The notes under the pieces are model-generated. The model was not told the origin of the DNA. It ran no database searches and worked only from the letters and a program-made list of their open reading frames with translations. A DNA stretch of 64,000 nt from an uncultured Veillonellaceae bacterium (GTDB taxonomy: Bacteria > Bacillota > Negativicutes > JARBTT01), in assembly GCA_963805085.1 (NCBI GenBank), contig CAWDTA010000002.1:1024001-1088000 (forward strand). The letters run 5' to 3'. Within the stretch, counting starts at the first letter, position 1. Each line of letters starts with the position of its first letter. Below are positions 11,409 to 20,596 of the stretch, in pieces. The position numbers and the translations under genes were made by a program.

Positions 11409-11565
11409 TGTTATTAAGAATATAGTTGTACATTTTAAGTTTTTCAATTTATCTTATAAATTAAAAAAAATAGTAAATAATACATGGTGTTATTTGTAAT
11501 GTATAACGGCTAGTTTAATTTAAAAAAATTTAAAATATTAAAATTTGAATGGAGAGATTATTATT

Positions 11566-11829
11566 ATGGAAGCAAAAGTAGTTATCGCAAATAAAGCAGG
11601 TATTCATGCAAGACCAGCATCAATGTTAGTACAATCAGCAACTAAATTCCAAAGTAAAATCAAATTAGCTGCAAAAGGTAAAACAATTGATGCAAAAAGC
11701 ATACTTATGATCATGAGTCTTGGCTTAGTAAAAGGTACTGAAGTTGTTATTAGTGCAGAGGGTGCAGATGCAGATGCGGCTGTAAAAGCAATTAAAGATT
11801 TAGTAGAATCAAAATTCGGCGAAGAATAA
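11566..11829 (+). CDS. ptsH: Phosphocarrier protein HPr
   Basis: GIHARPA (His15) and DAKSIL (Ser46); ATG at 11566 after GGAG preferred over the TTG at 11545. Confidence 0.97.
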   Translation: MEAKVVIANKAGIHARPASMLVQSATKFQSKIKLAAKGKTIDAKSILMIMSLGLVKGTEVVISAEGADADAAVKAIKDLVESKFGEE

Positions 11830-11843
11830 GGAGGCTCACAAGT

Positions 11844-13550
11844 ATGCCAGAAGTGTTACGAGGTAAAGGTGTTATTTCTGGGATTGCTATTGGCAAAATT
11901 ATGCTTGTAAGTCAAAATATCGACGGTTATCTTGCCTCTTATCAAACAGGTGATGTGCAAGTTGAAACAGAAAAAGCAAGAAATGCTTTAAAAGCCGTTG
12001 CAGAAATATTACAAAACAATGTAAAAACTTTACAAGAAAAAAATATGCCTGAACAAGCTGCCATTATGGAAGCGCATCGTATGATGGCGCAAGATCCAAT
12101 GATGGAAGATTCCATTATGACAAAAGTAAAAGAAGGTATTGCTGCGCCGCGCGCTGTCCTTGCGGCAAGTGAAGAATCTGCAACGTTGTTTGAAAACATG
12201 GATGATGCCTATTTCCGTGAACGTGCTGTAGATATTCGTGATGTAGGTAGACGTATTGCAAAATACATCTTAGGCGTAAAAGAACCAGAACTTGGTGATG
12301 AAGCAGTTATCCTTTGCGGTAACGAAATCGAGCCATCTGTTATCGCTAATATTCCTACGGAAAAAATTCAAGGGGTTATTTTAGGTCAAGGTAGTACAAC
12401 CTGCCATGCGGTAATTATTGCAAAAGCAAGAGCGATCGCAACGGTTGTTGGTCTTGGTGAAAAAGTCGAGACCATAGCCGATGGTGCCAAAGTTTTACTT
12501 GATGGTGAAACTGGGGAAATTGTGATGAATCCATCCGATGAAATCATCGCAACTTACGAAGAGAAACTACAAAAACAGCATGAGTTAAAAGCTTATTATG
12601 CAAAACTTGCTCCACTTCCAGCAGAAACTACTGATGGTGTACGCGTACAATTGGCGGCAAACATCGGCGGTCATACGGATATGGATAGTGCGTTATCCTA
12701 TGGCTGTGAAGGTGTAGGCTTATTTAGAACTGAATTTGTCTTCATGGGTAGAGAAGATATTCCTACAGAAGAAGATCAGTATAAAGCCTATAAAGAAGCG
12801 ATCGAAAAATGTGCTGGTAACATTTGTGTTATTCGTACGATGGATATTGGTGGTGATAAACCACTTGCTTATTTAGATATTCCAAAAGAAGAAAATCCAT
12901 TCTTGGGTTGGCGGGCAATTCGTATTAGTTTAGCTAGACATGAATTGTTTATGCCACAGCTAAAAGCGATTCTTCGTGCTGGTGTTTTTGGTAAAGCTGC
13001 GATCATGCTTCCAATGGTGATCAGTGTAACTGAAGTAAAACAAGTAAAAGAATTGATTACGCAAGCAAAATTGGAATTGACACATGAAGGTAAAGCTTTT
13101 GCTGATAATGTTCCGCTTGGTATTATGGTAGAGACTCCTGCAGCAGCAGTATTGACACCAGTGTTAGCGAAACATGTTGATTTCTTTAGTATTGGTACCA
13201 ATGATTTGGTTCAATATACGCTTGCAGTTGACCGTGTAAATCATAACGTAAGTTATTTATATAGTCACTTCCATCCAGCTGTTTTAAAATTAATCCAGAC
13301 AACAATCAAAGCCGCTCGTGAGAATGGCATCTGGTCTGGTATGTGTGGCGAAATGGCAAGTGATCCATATGCAGCGGTTATCTTAATGGCGATGGGGATT
13401 CATGAACTTAGTATGAGTGCTCCTTCGATTCCAAGAGTAAAAGAAAAAATTCGTTCTATTAGTTCTCAAAAAGCAAAAGAAGTATTAGATGCAGTTCTTG
13501 AGTTAGAAGATAGTGAAGCTGTTAAAGAATATTTATACAAGAATTTATAA
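11844..13550 (+). CDS. ptsI: PTS enzyme I (PEP-protein phosphotransferase)
   Basis: TCHAVIIAKA (phospho-His); GVGLFRTEF; RTMDIGGDK; ENPFLGWRAIR; FFSIGTNDLVQY; GMCGEMA. Confidence 0.97.
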   Translation: MPEVLRGKGVISGIAIGKIMLVSQNIDGYLASYQTGDVQVETEKARNALKAVAEILQNNVKTLQEKNMPEQAAIMEAHRMMAQDPMMEDSIMTKVKEGIAAPRAVLAASEESATLFENMDDAYFRERAVDIRDVGRRIAKYILGVKEPELGDEAVILCGNEIEPSVIANIPTEKIQGVILGQGSTTCHAVIIAKARAIATVVGLGEKVETIADGAKVLLDGETGEIVMNPSDEIIATYEEKLQKQHELKAYYAKLAPLPAETTDGVRVQLAANIGGHTDMDSALSYGCEGVGLFRTEFVFMGREDIPTEEDQYKAYKEAIEKCAGNICVIRTMDIGGDKPLAYLDIPKEENPFLGWRAIRISLARHELFMPQLKAILRAGVFGKAAIMLPMVISVTEVKQVKELITQAKLELTHEGKAFADNVPLGIMVETPAAAVLTPVLAKHVDFFSIGTNDLVQYTLAVDRVNHNVSYLYSHFHPAVLKLIQTTIKAARENGIWSGMCGEMASDPYAAVILMAMGIHELSMSAPSIPRVKEKIRSISSQKAKEVLDAVLELEDSEAVKEYLYKNL

Positions 13551-13574
13551 TTATTTATAATTCGTGTATACAAG

Positions 13575-13610
13575 AAAAGTGCTACATTCCTTAGGAATGT
13601 AGCACTTTTT
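13575..13610 (+). terminator. Intrinsic terminator after ptsI
   Basis: AAAAGTGCTACATTCC-TTA-GGAATGTAGCACTTTTT. Confidence 0.9.
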
Positions 13611-13915
13611 GTATGTTTACAAACAACGTATAGCGTAGTATAATTATAAACAGCAAAGATGCTGTGCTTCTAAGAGAAGGTAAGCATCTTTTTGCCTATT
13701 TTTAGGCCTGCTGGTGATTAAATGGTAATGATGCTAGGTATAAATGTATTTTATCGTTGGATAAAGATAAAATAAATTTACAAATATCATGGATTTTCAA
13801 GATGGTATTTGGTATTATTGTTTATAGCATTTTAGATAAGGGACTATCCAAAAATGTAAGAGTCAATGTTACTTTTTATAAATTAATTTTGGTATATGAT
13901 TAAGGAGGCTGCTCT

Positions 13916-14116
13916 ATGAAAGCGGAAATATTGATTAAGCAAGAAAGATGTAAGGGCTGTGATATTTGTGTTTCATTCTGCCCGAAAAAAGTACTAAAAC
14001 TAGATACCTTAGGAAAAGTTCAAGTGATCGATGGCGAGGCATGCATTGCCTGCGGACAATGTGAACTACGTTGTCCTGATTATGCGATTTATGTAGATAA
14101 GAAGGTGAACGCTTAA
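13916..14116 (+). CDS. korD: 2-oxoacid:ferredoxin oxidoreductase delta subunit (2x[4Fe-4S] ferredoxin)
   Basis: CKGCDICVSFCP and CIACGQCELRCPDYAI; first gene of a TAATG-coupled operon. Confidence 0.9.
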   Translation: MKAEILIKQERCKGCDICVSFCPKKVLKLDTLGKVQVIDGEACIACGQCELRCPDYAIYVDKKVNA

Positions 14117-15264
14117 TGGGTAATATAAAACTTATGCAAGGCAATGAAGCTTGCGCTGAGGGAGCACTTGCTGCTGGAGTTAGATTTTTTGGTGGATATC
14201 CAATTACACCTTCAACTGAAATTGCTGAATCAATGGCGGTTATGCTGCCAAAGGTTGGCGGTACATTTATTCAGATGGAAGATGAAATTGCGGGCATTGC
14301 AGTTGTTTTAGGAGCGTCCCTTGCCGGTAAAAAAGTATTAACAGCGACCTCGGGACCTGGTTTTTCTTTAAAACAAGAATTAATCGGGTATGCGGCGATT
14401 GCTGAAATTCCACTTGTTATTGCCAATGTACAACGTCTTGGTCCTTCAACAGGACAACCAACATCACCAGCACAAGGGGATGTGATGCAGGCTCGTTGGG
14501 GTACACATGGTGATCATCCGATGATTGCATTGTCTCCATGGACAGTAAAAGAAAGCTTTGAAGTCGCAGTCAAAGCAGTAAATTATGCGGAACGTTTTAG
14601 AACGCCGGTAATTATCCTGCTTGACGAAATCGTAGGACATTTACGTGAGAAGGTAGAATTGCCTGACGCGAAAGATATAGAGATTTATCCACGTCGTAAA
14701 CCAGATTGTAGCCGTGAACAAGGGTATGAACCATATAGACCAGCAACTGACTTAGTACCAAATGTTGCTAATTTTGGTACTGGTAACCGTATTCATGTTA
14801 CTGGGCTTGTGCATGACGAAACAGGGTTCCCGTCAGGTAGCCCAAAAGTTACCGAAGACAGTATACGCCGTCTACATCAAAAAATTGAAATCGTCCAAGA
14901 TGAGATTACCCATTATGATGAATTCTTTATGGAAGATGCCGAGTATGCGGTAGTTTCCTATGGCGGTACGGCGCGCACAGCTTATGCAGCGGTACTAGAA
15001 GCACGTAACAAAGGAATCAAAGTGGGAATGGTTCGTTTGATGACAATTTGGCCATTTGCAGATAAGATTGTCAAAAAAATTGCCAATCAAGTGAAAGCAA
15101 TTTTGGTACCAGAGCTCAACTATGGTCAATTGGTGAATGAAGTAGAACGCGCAGCAGGTGGCAAAGCTAAGGTGAAACTGCTTGCTAAGTATAATACTGA
15201 AATTTTTACACCAAATGAAATTTGCACTGCAATCGAAGACCTTACTGCGGAGGTGACAGATTAA
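14116..15264 (+). CDS. korA: 2-oxoacid (2-oxoglutarate-type):ferredoxin oxidoreductase alpha subunit
   Basis: GNEACAEGA; GYPITPSTE; QMEDEIAG; TATSGPGFSLKQE; QRLGPSTGQPT. Confidence 0.93.
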   Translation: MGNIKLMQGNEACAEGALAAGVRFFGGYPITPSTEIAESMAVMLPKVGGTFIQMEDEIAGIAVVLGASLAGKKVLTATSGPGFSLKQELIGYAAIAEIPLVIANVQRLGPSTGQPTSPAQGDVMQARWGTHGDHPMIALSPWTVKESFEVAVKAVNYAERFRTPVIILLDEIVGHLREKVELPDAKDIEIYPRRKPDCSREQGYEPYRPATDLVPNVANFGTGNRIHVTGLVHDETGFPSGSPKVTEDSIRRLHQKIEIVQDEITHYDEFFMEDAEYAVVSYGGTARTAYAAVLEARNKGIKVGMVRLMTIWPFADKIVKKIANQVKAILVPELNYGQLVNEVERAAGGKAKVKLLAKYNTEIFTPNEICTAIEDLTAEVTD

Positions 15265-16079
15265 TGAGAAGTTATGATAAATATTTTCGCGAAAATAGAT
15301 TACCACATATGTGGTGCCCTGGTTGTGGTAATGGTATCGCGATGAAAGCAATCGTTCAGGCGATTGAAGCAAAAAAATTAGACCAAGATAAAACAGTTAT
15401 TGTTTCAGGAATTGGCTGTTCTTCAAGAGCATCTGGTTATATGAATTTTGATACCTTGCATACCGCACATGGTAGAGCAATTCCGTTTGCAACAGGGATC
15501 AAACTGGCAAATCCAGAGCTTAATGTAATCGTAATCACTGGTGACGGTGATTGCACTGCAATTGGTGGTAATCACTTTATTCATGGTGCGAGAAGAAATG
15601 TCGATTTGACGGTTATTTTATTCAATAATAATATTTATGGAATGACTGGCGGGCAAGCGTCACCATTGACACCACTCAATAAAAAAGCAACAACAGCACC
15701 ATATGGCAGCGTTGATAGACCATTTGACCCTTGTCATTTAGCAGAAGCAGCAGGAGCAACCTATGTTGCGCGTAGCACAGCGTTCCATGTCAAACATTTA
15801 TCTGATATGATCTTCCAAGGTATGGGGAATAAAGGATTCTCTTTTATTGAGGCGATTACCCAATGTCCGATTGCCTATGGACGTAAAAATAAATTAGGAG
15901 ACGCACCTGAAATGCTCAAATGGATGAGTGAAACAGCAGTGATGAAAGCTGCTTATGACAAATTGCCAGAAGAAAAACGCGAAGGCAAATTCCCAATTGG
16001 TGTATTCTATAATAGTGAGTTCACAGAATATACAACCGCATATCAGAAAGTAATTGACTTGGCCGGAGGTGCGAGATAA
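15264..16079 (+). CDS. korB: 2-oxoacid:ferredoxin oxidoreductase beta subunit (TPP-binding)
   Basis: WCPGCG; SGIGCS; HGRA; GDGD...NNNIYGMTGGQ; start at the TAATG overlap (15264) with GGAGGT RBS. Confidence 0.93.
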   Translation: MRSYDKYFRENRLPHMWCPGCGNGIAMKAIVQAIEAKKLDQDKTVIVSGIGCSSRASGYMNFDTLHTAHGRAIPFATGIKLANPELNVIVITGDGDCTAIGGNHFIHGARRNVDLTVILFNNNIYGMTGGQASPLTPLNKKATTAPYGSVDRPFDPCHLAEAAGATYVARSTAFHVKHLSDMIFQGMGNKGFSFIEAITQCPIAYGRKNKLGDAPEMLKWMSETAVMKAAYDKLPEEKREGKFPIGVFYNSEFTEYTTAYQKVIDLAGGAR

Positions 16080-16600
16080 TGAAACAAATACGTTTATCTG
16101 GTTCAGGTGGGCAAGGGGTTATTACCGCGGCAATTATTTTTGCCGAAGGGGCAGTAAGAGAAGGAAAAGAAGCAGTTCAATCACAATCTTATGGTCCTGA
16201 AGCGCGTGGTGGTGCTTCAAAAGCGGAAGTTATCATCTCAGATCAAGCAATTTATCATCCTAAAGTGACGACACCGGATATTGTGCTTGCCATGACACAA
16301 CAGGCAGCTGACAAATATTATGATGACTTGCATGAAGATGGCATTTTAATTGTGGATGAAGATTTAGTGCCAAACGTGCCGAACTTTCCTAATGTCATTA
16401 AGGTGCCGATTACACGAATCGCTGTTGAACAAGTAGGAAAATCGCTGTTTGCCAATATGGTAGCATTGGGCTTACTTGTTAAAGTATCTGGCTTGGTTTC
16501 TTTTGATGTGATCAAAGAAACAGTTGCGAAACGTGTACCGCCAGCAACGATTGAAAAAAATACGATGGCATTAGAGCTTGGCTTTGATGCGGTTAAATAA
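16079..16600 (+). CDS. korC: 2-oxoacid:ferredoxin oxidoreductase gamma subunit
   Basis: SGSGGQGVITAA; QSYGPEARGGAS; NMVALG. Confidence 0.92.
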   Translation: MKQIRLSGSGGQGVITAAIIFAEGAVREGKEAVQSQSYGPEARGGASKAEVIISDQAIYHPKVTTPDIVLAMTQQAADKYYDDLHEDGILIVDEDLVPNVPNFPNVIKVPITRIAVEQVGKSLFANMVALGLLVKVSGLVSFDVIKETVAKRVPPATIEKNTMALELGFDAVK

Positions 16601-16612
16601 ATTATAGGTTAG

Positions 16613-16660
16613 AAATCCCACTGCGATATGATAAAATATGAGCAGTGGGATTTTTATTTT
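16613..16660 (+). terminator. Putative intrinsic terminator after the kor operon
   Basis: AAATCCCACTGC ... GCAGTGGGATTT followed by a T-rich tail. Confidence 0.75.
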
Positions 16661-16675
16661 TAAGATAAGGGTGAT

Positions 16676-17353
16676 ATGATGCAGATATTTAAAAATGATT
16701 GGGCAGATTATTTAAATTTAGAATTAACAGAGCCTTATTATGTAAAATTACGTGAATTTTTGATCAGTGAATATAAAACCCGGACTATTTTCCCGAGTAT
16801 GTATGATATTTTTAATGCGCTTCATTATACAAGTTACGAAAGCACAAAAGTGGTTATACTAGGACAAGATCCATATCATGGTCCGAAACAGGCACATGGG
16901 CTTAGTTTTTCTGTACAACCAGGGGTGGAAGCGCCACCGTCACTTCTTAATATTTTTAAAGAACTTCATACGGATTTAGGTTGCACGATACCGAATAATG
17001 GCTGCTTAGTACCATGGGCAGAGCAAGGGGTATTATTACTAAATGCGGTTCTTACAGTTCGCGAGCGTCAGGCCAATTCACATCAAGGCTTAGGTTGGGA
17101 GCAATTTACCGATAAAGTGATTTCGCTTTTGAATGAACGCACAGAACCCTTGGTATTTATTCTTTGGGGCAAACCAGCCCAAAAGAAAAAAATGATGATT
17201 ACCAATCCAAATCACTTTGTGATTGAATCACCGCATCCTAGTCCATTATCAGCCCATCGGGGCTTCTTTGGCAGTAAACCTTTTTCTAAGGCCAATGAAT
17301 TTTTAATAAAAAATAACAGTCGACCGATTGATTGGCAATTGCCTAATTTGTAG
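16676..17353 (+). CDS. ung: Uracil-DNA glycosylase (family 1)
   Basis: GQDPYH; [11 protein letters not shown]; GVLLLN; HPSPLSA. Confidence 0.97.
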   Translation: MMQIFKNDWADYLNLELTEPYYVKLREFLISEYKTRTIFPSMYDIFNALHYTSYESTKVVILGQDPYHGPKQAHGLSFSVQPGVEAPPSLLNIFKELHTDLGCTIPNNGCLVPWAEQGVLLLNAVLTVRERQANSHQGLGWEQFTDKVISLLNERTEPLVFILWGKPAQKKKMMITNPNHFVIESPHPSPLSAHRGFFGSKPFSKANEFLIKNNSRPIDWQLPNL

Positions 17354-17482
17354 AAATTTAATTTAGACATGATTTTGCGAATAATTAGAAAAAAATAAAG
17401 GTTTTTTTAGTTTTAGATAGAATTTTGTGGATAGATAAAATGGAATAGAAAAATATAATACATTGATAGAGGAGAAAACGGT

Positions 17483-18727
17483 ATGGATTCTTTTGATATA
17501 CATCCTGTTAATTTAATCAAAGCGCTATCCATGGCTCTCGAACTTGCCGTCCATGGTATGTCCAGCCATCATTGGCGTACAGCGCTTGTTTGCGATCGAA
17601 TTGCCAAGAACATAAGATTGAATGCGGTAGAGCATCAACGATTGGTTTATACTGCATTATTACATGATATAGGGGCGGCATCAAGCTGGAGTGAACGTAA
17701 AAAAATTATAGCAAATGAACAAACCAACGATCAAGGGATGTATCGACATGCAGAAGATGGGTACCTTCTATTAAAGGATTCTGTGCAACTTGGTGATTTA
17801 GCGGAACCCATTCGTTATCATCATGATAGATGGGCGGGGGGCAACTATTCAGGGCTTAGGGGAGAACAGATCCCCTTGATTAGTCGTATTGTGCATATTG
17901 CGGATCGTATTGAGATCTTGATTCATAATAACGAGTTTATATTTGATCAATCTAAACGGATTTTAACTGTGATTGAGAAGGAATGTGGAATAGAATTTGA
18001 TCCTAGTTTAGTCACGGCGGTAAAGGAACTTACGAAAAAAGAAAGCTTTTGGTTAGATCTTGTGAATCCAAATTATTATGAAGTGTTTTTCAAAAGTTTA
18101 GATGTTTATGGATCGATACGTTATTCTTTGGATGATGCGATTAATATTGCGGAAATCTTCGCGACCATAATTGATAGGATGAGCTCTTTTACAGCGACGC
18201 ACTCGCGTAGTGTGGCTAAGATCGCAGCTTTTTTAGCAGAAATTAAAGGCTTCAGCGCAGATGAAGTTAAAAATATGAAAATTGCTGGTTTGTTGCATGA
18301 CTTAGGAAAACTGGCAGTTCCCAATGATATTTTAGAAAAACCAGGTAGGTTAAACAATGAGGAAGTTGTTATTATTAGACAGCATACCTATTATACATAT
18401 CGTATTTTGGAACAAATTGATAATTTTGATACTATTGCTAAGTGGGCGGCATATCATCATGAAACGCTAGATGGACAAGGTTATCCATTTAGAATTAAGG
18501 AAGAATCGATTCCGTTGGGATCAAAAATAGTTGCTGTTGCCGATATTTTTGTAGCACTTACAGAAAATAGACCATATCGTGAAAACTTGTCGGAAGCAAA
18601 AGTGAAATCAATTATTTCCAAAATGGTTGAGAATGGTAAAATAGACAGATCAATCGTAAATGACTTGTTTGAACATAATCATGAAGCGATGGTCATTATG
18701 CTTGATTTAAAGGCGATTGCAATATAA
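17483..18727 (+). CDS. Tandem HD/HD-GYP domain protein, probable cyclic-dinucleotide phosphodiesterase
   Basis: Domain 1: LLHDIG...HHDRWAGGNYS (degenerate GYP). Domain 2: LLHDLGK...HHETLDGQGYP...VADIFVALTENRPYR. Confidence 0.88.
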   Translation: MDSFDIHPVNLIKALSMALELAVHGMSSHHWRTALVCDRIAKNIRLNAVEHQRLVYTALLHDIGAASSWSERKKIIANEQTNDQGMYRHAEDGYLLLKDSVQLGDLAEPIRYHHDRWAGGNYSGLRGEQIPLISRIVHIADRIEILIHNNEFIFDQSKRILTVIEKECGIEFDPSLVTAVKELTKKESFWLDLVNPNYYEVFFKSLDVYGSIRYSLDDAINIAEIFATIIDRMSSFTATHSRSVAKIAAFLAEIKGFSADEVKNMKIAGLLHDLGKLAVPNDILEKPGRLNNEEVVIIRQHTYYTYRILEQIDNFDTIAKWAAYHHETLDGQGYPFRIKEESIPLGSKIVAVADIFVALTENRPYRENLSEAKVKSIISKMVENGKIDRSIVNDLFEHNHEAMVIMLDLKAIAI

Positions 18728-18850
18728 ATTTTATTGAAAGACCGTGCCGGAGGGCGTTGAGAGTCCTTGTGAGGTGTTTGCTTATCTGTGTATTTTGCAT
18801 ACTTCCAATGAAAACTGCCACCAGCACGTGCCCTGCCAAGGGCAATTTGA

Positions 18851-18988
18851 GAGATATCTATCACTAATATTCCGATTACGCTATTTGGCGTGGATAGAAT
18901 TCTTGATATGCTCAGAACAGCAGTAAATATTATCGGTGATGCTGCTTGAGCAACTATCGTAGATAATTTAAGGGATGAAGAAAAATAA
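18851..18988 (+). pseudogene. Remnant of a dicarboxylate/amino acid:cation symporter (DAACS, GltP/GltPh family), C-terminal TM8 only
   Basis: Frame reads ...LFGVDRILDMLRTAVNIIGDAA*ATIVDNLRDEEK*; matches the family TM8 motif (G-[IV]-D-x-x-L-D-M-x-R-T-x-x-N-x-x-G-D); in-frame TGA at 18947 and an upstream TGA at 18848. Not in the ORF track. Confidence 0.8.
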
Positions 18989-19000
18989 TTTACAATAAAA

Positions 19001-19033
19001 AATCCTAGAGCGTATGCTTTAGGATTCTTTTAT
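19001..19033 (+). terminator. Terminator of the decayed symporter gene
   Basis: AATCCTAGAGC-GTAT-GCTTTAGGATT followed by CTTTTAT. Confidence 0.7.
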
Positions 19034-19251
19034 GCCATTAATCAACGAAAAGCTTCAAGGAAGATTTAGAAAATTGAATAAGTTTGAAGGAATAAAGGAC
19101 AATAATGTATAAATAGTAAATGTATGGAGCTTTGTGCTGTTATAGTGGGAGGTGTTAAGAGTGTTCAGCTAGCAATAGAAACTGAGCGTGATGACTAAAT
19201 GAGGGGCATCCTACATGGTTAGATATGCAGATCATTAATATTTAAGATAGG

Positions 19252-20178
19252 GTGATAAATTTGAAAAATAAGAGAATATTCTGTTTAATTCTACTAATAT
19301 TAGTTGGAATCGTAAATGTAGCAGCTGCGAAAACAACGTATGATGTTTCTGCTGGTGATCGGAAGGATGAGGTAAACTTTAATTTTGCGAACGATACGAA
19401 TACACCTAATATATTATCTGAATTAAAATGGACGGATTTAAGAACCTATGAAGTCAGGCTGAATGGGAAAAGTGATATAAATAACAAATCATTTGTGGAA
19501 GGTTCGCTGGGGTATGGTTGGATCCATAGTGGGCATAATCAAGATTCCGATTATGCAGGGGACAATCGGACAGGGATGTCTTCAAGATCTGAAAATAATG
19601 CTGGGAATGGACATGTGGTGGACGGCTCCATAGGTTACGGATACTATATTAATAAACAAAAAAAGAGTAAGACAGCCCTAGTGGCTGGGTACTCAGTGAA
19701 TAAACAATCCTTGACACTCACAGATGGAAACCAAACTTTTTCTGATTTCGTGAATCAGTTTCAACCCATTGGTCCATTTTCTGGACTCAACAGTACCTTT
19801 GATACGCGTTGGAAGGGGCCTTATATTGGTTTGACTTTTGAAAAACAAGCGAGCGCAAAACTAAATCTTTTTTCACGATTTGAATATCATTTCACAAATT
19901 ACTATGCAGAAGGTAACTGGAACTTAAGTAGCGCATATGCTCATCCAAAAAGTATTGAACAAAGTGCCAGTGGATATGGTACAATTTTTAGTGTAGGGTC
20001 AGAATATCAAATGAATAAAGAATGGGCTTTAAAAGCAAAGATGAATTTTTCTCATTTTAAAACGAAAGCTGGAGTTCATAGAGCTTTTGCAGCTGATGGC
20101 AATACATATGAAACACGTTTGAATGAAGCAAACTGGGGCTCACGATCCTTTAATCTAAATGTAACTAAAAAATTCTAA
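19252..20178 (+). CDS. Outer-membrane beta-barrel protein (omptin-fold / Protochlamydia OMP-like)
   Basis: Signal peptide (...VNVAAA); PNILSELKW and NQDSDY motifs; alternating aromatic beta-strands; C-terminal Phe (LNVTKKF). Confidence 0.75.
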   Translation: MINLKNKRIFCLILLILVGIVNVAAAKTTYDVSAGDRKDEVNFNFANDTNTPNILSELKWTDLRTYEVRLNGKSDINNKSFVEGSLGYGWIHSGHNQDSDYAGDNRTGMSSRSENNAGNGHVVDGSIGYGYYINKQKKSKTALVAGYSVNKQSLTLTDGNQTFSDFVNQFQPIGPFSGLNSTFDTRWKGPYIGLTFEKQASAKLNLFSRFEYHFTNYYAEGNWNLSSAYAHPKSIEQSASGYGTIFSVGSEYQMNKEWALKAKMNFSHFKTKAGVHRAFAADGNTYETRLNEANWGSRSFNLNVTKKF

Positions 20179-20273
20179 TAATGGCGAAAGTCAATAGTAT
20201 GGATTGAGAAAGTATAGAAAGAGAACTACATTGGAATTTTTAACATTATAATTAAATAGGACAAAAGTCCCGT

Positions 20274-20302
20274 TTGACATAATTTGCTAAAAGATATATA
20301 AT
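20274..20302 (+). promoter_or_regulatory. Consensus sigmaA/sigma70 promoter for the riboswitch-agr operon
   Basis: TTGACA (20274-79), 17-nt spacer, TATAAT (20297-302); the riboswitch starts just downstream. Confidence 0.9.
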
Positions 20303-20311
20303 TTAGACAAA

Positions 20312-20398
20312 ATAATACGTTGGCAAACTCATTGAAAAGTGAGGACGCAAAGCTATGGGTCTAGAGGGTTTTTAACCTATGATTGCCAGGTTGCAACT
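20312..20398 (+). ncRNA. Cyclic di-GMP-I (GEMM-I) riboswitch
   Basis: GGCAAA-CTCATT-GAAA-AGTGAG-GACGCAAAGCTATGGGTCTA...TATGATTGCCAGGTTGC: P2 with GAAA tetraloop, the GACGCAAAGC junction and P3; G20 (20322) and C92 (20394) equivalents are the c-di-GMP type. Confidence 0.92.
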
Positions 20399-20400
20399 TG

Positions 20401-20433
20401 AAAAAGTGAGGCTAGATGTCTTGCTTTTTTTTT
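20401..20433 (+). terminator. Riboswitch expression-platform terminator
   Basis: AAAAAGTGAGGC-TAGAT-GTCTTGCTTTTT (G-U-rich stem) plus a T9 run directly 3' of the aptamer. Confidence 0.75.
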
Positions 20434-20596
20434 GACAACGAAAACGTTATTTCGTATTTGATTCGCATTTAATGGGAAATAAGGGGGGATTTTATTACCG
20501 TAGTTTAGTTAAGAAACTGTTGTGTGTGAAATAGATAAGAAAATCGTCATAGAAATAAATGGTTAATTCTAATATTAGTTTAAGGAAGGGAAGAAA

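Noticed and set aside
18679-18926. 60-61 aa ORFs on both strands
   Set aside because: No recognisable motifs or RBS; they overlap the symporter remnant in other frames.
18947-18949. In-frame TGA as selenocysteine in the symporter fragment
   Set aside because: The fragment lacks ~90% of the protein, has another in-frame stop at 18848 and has no start; decay is the simpler explanation.
20312-20398. GEMM-Ib (3',3'-cGAMP) riboswitch variant
   Set aside because: The position equivalent to Vc2 nt 20 is G, not A, and C92 is retained, which is the c-di-GMP signature.
20429-20437. Additional TTTTTGACA LytTR-like box upstream of agrC
   Set aside because: Single copy formed by the terminator U-tract, with no convincing partner at +/-21 bp.
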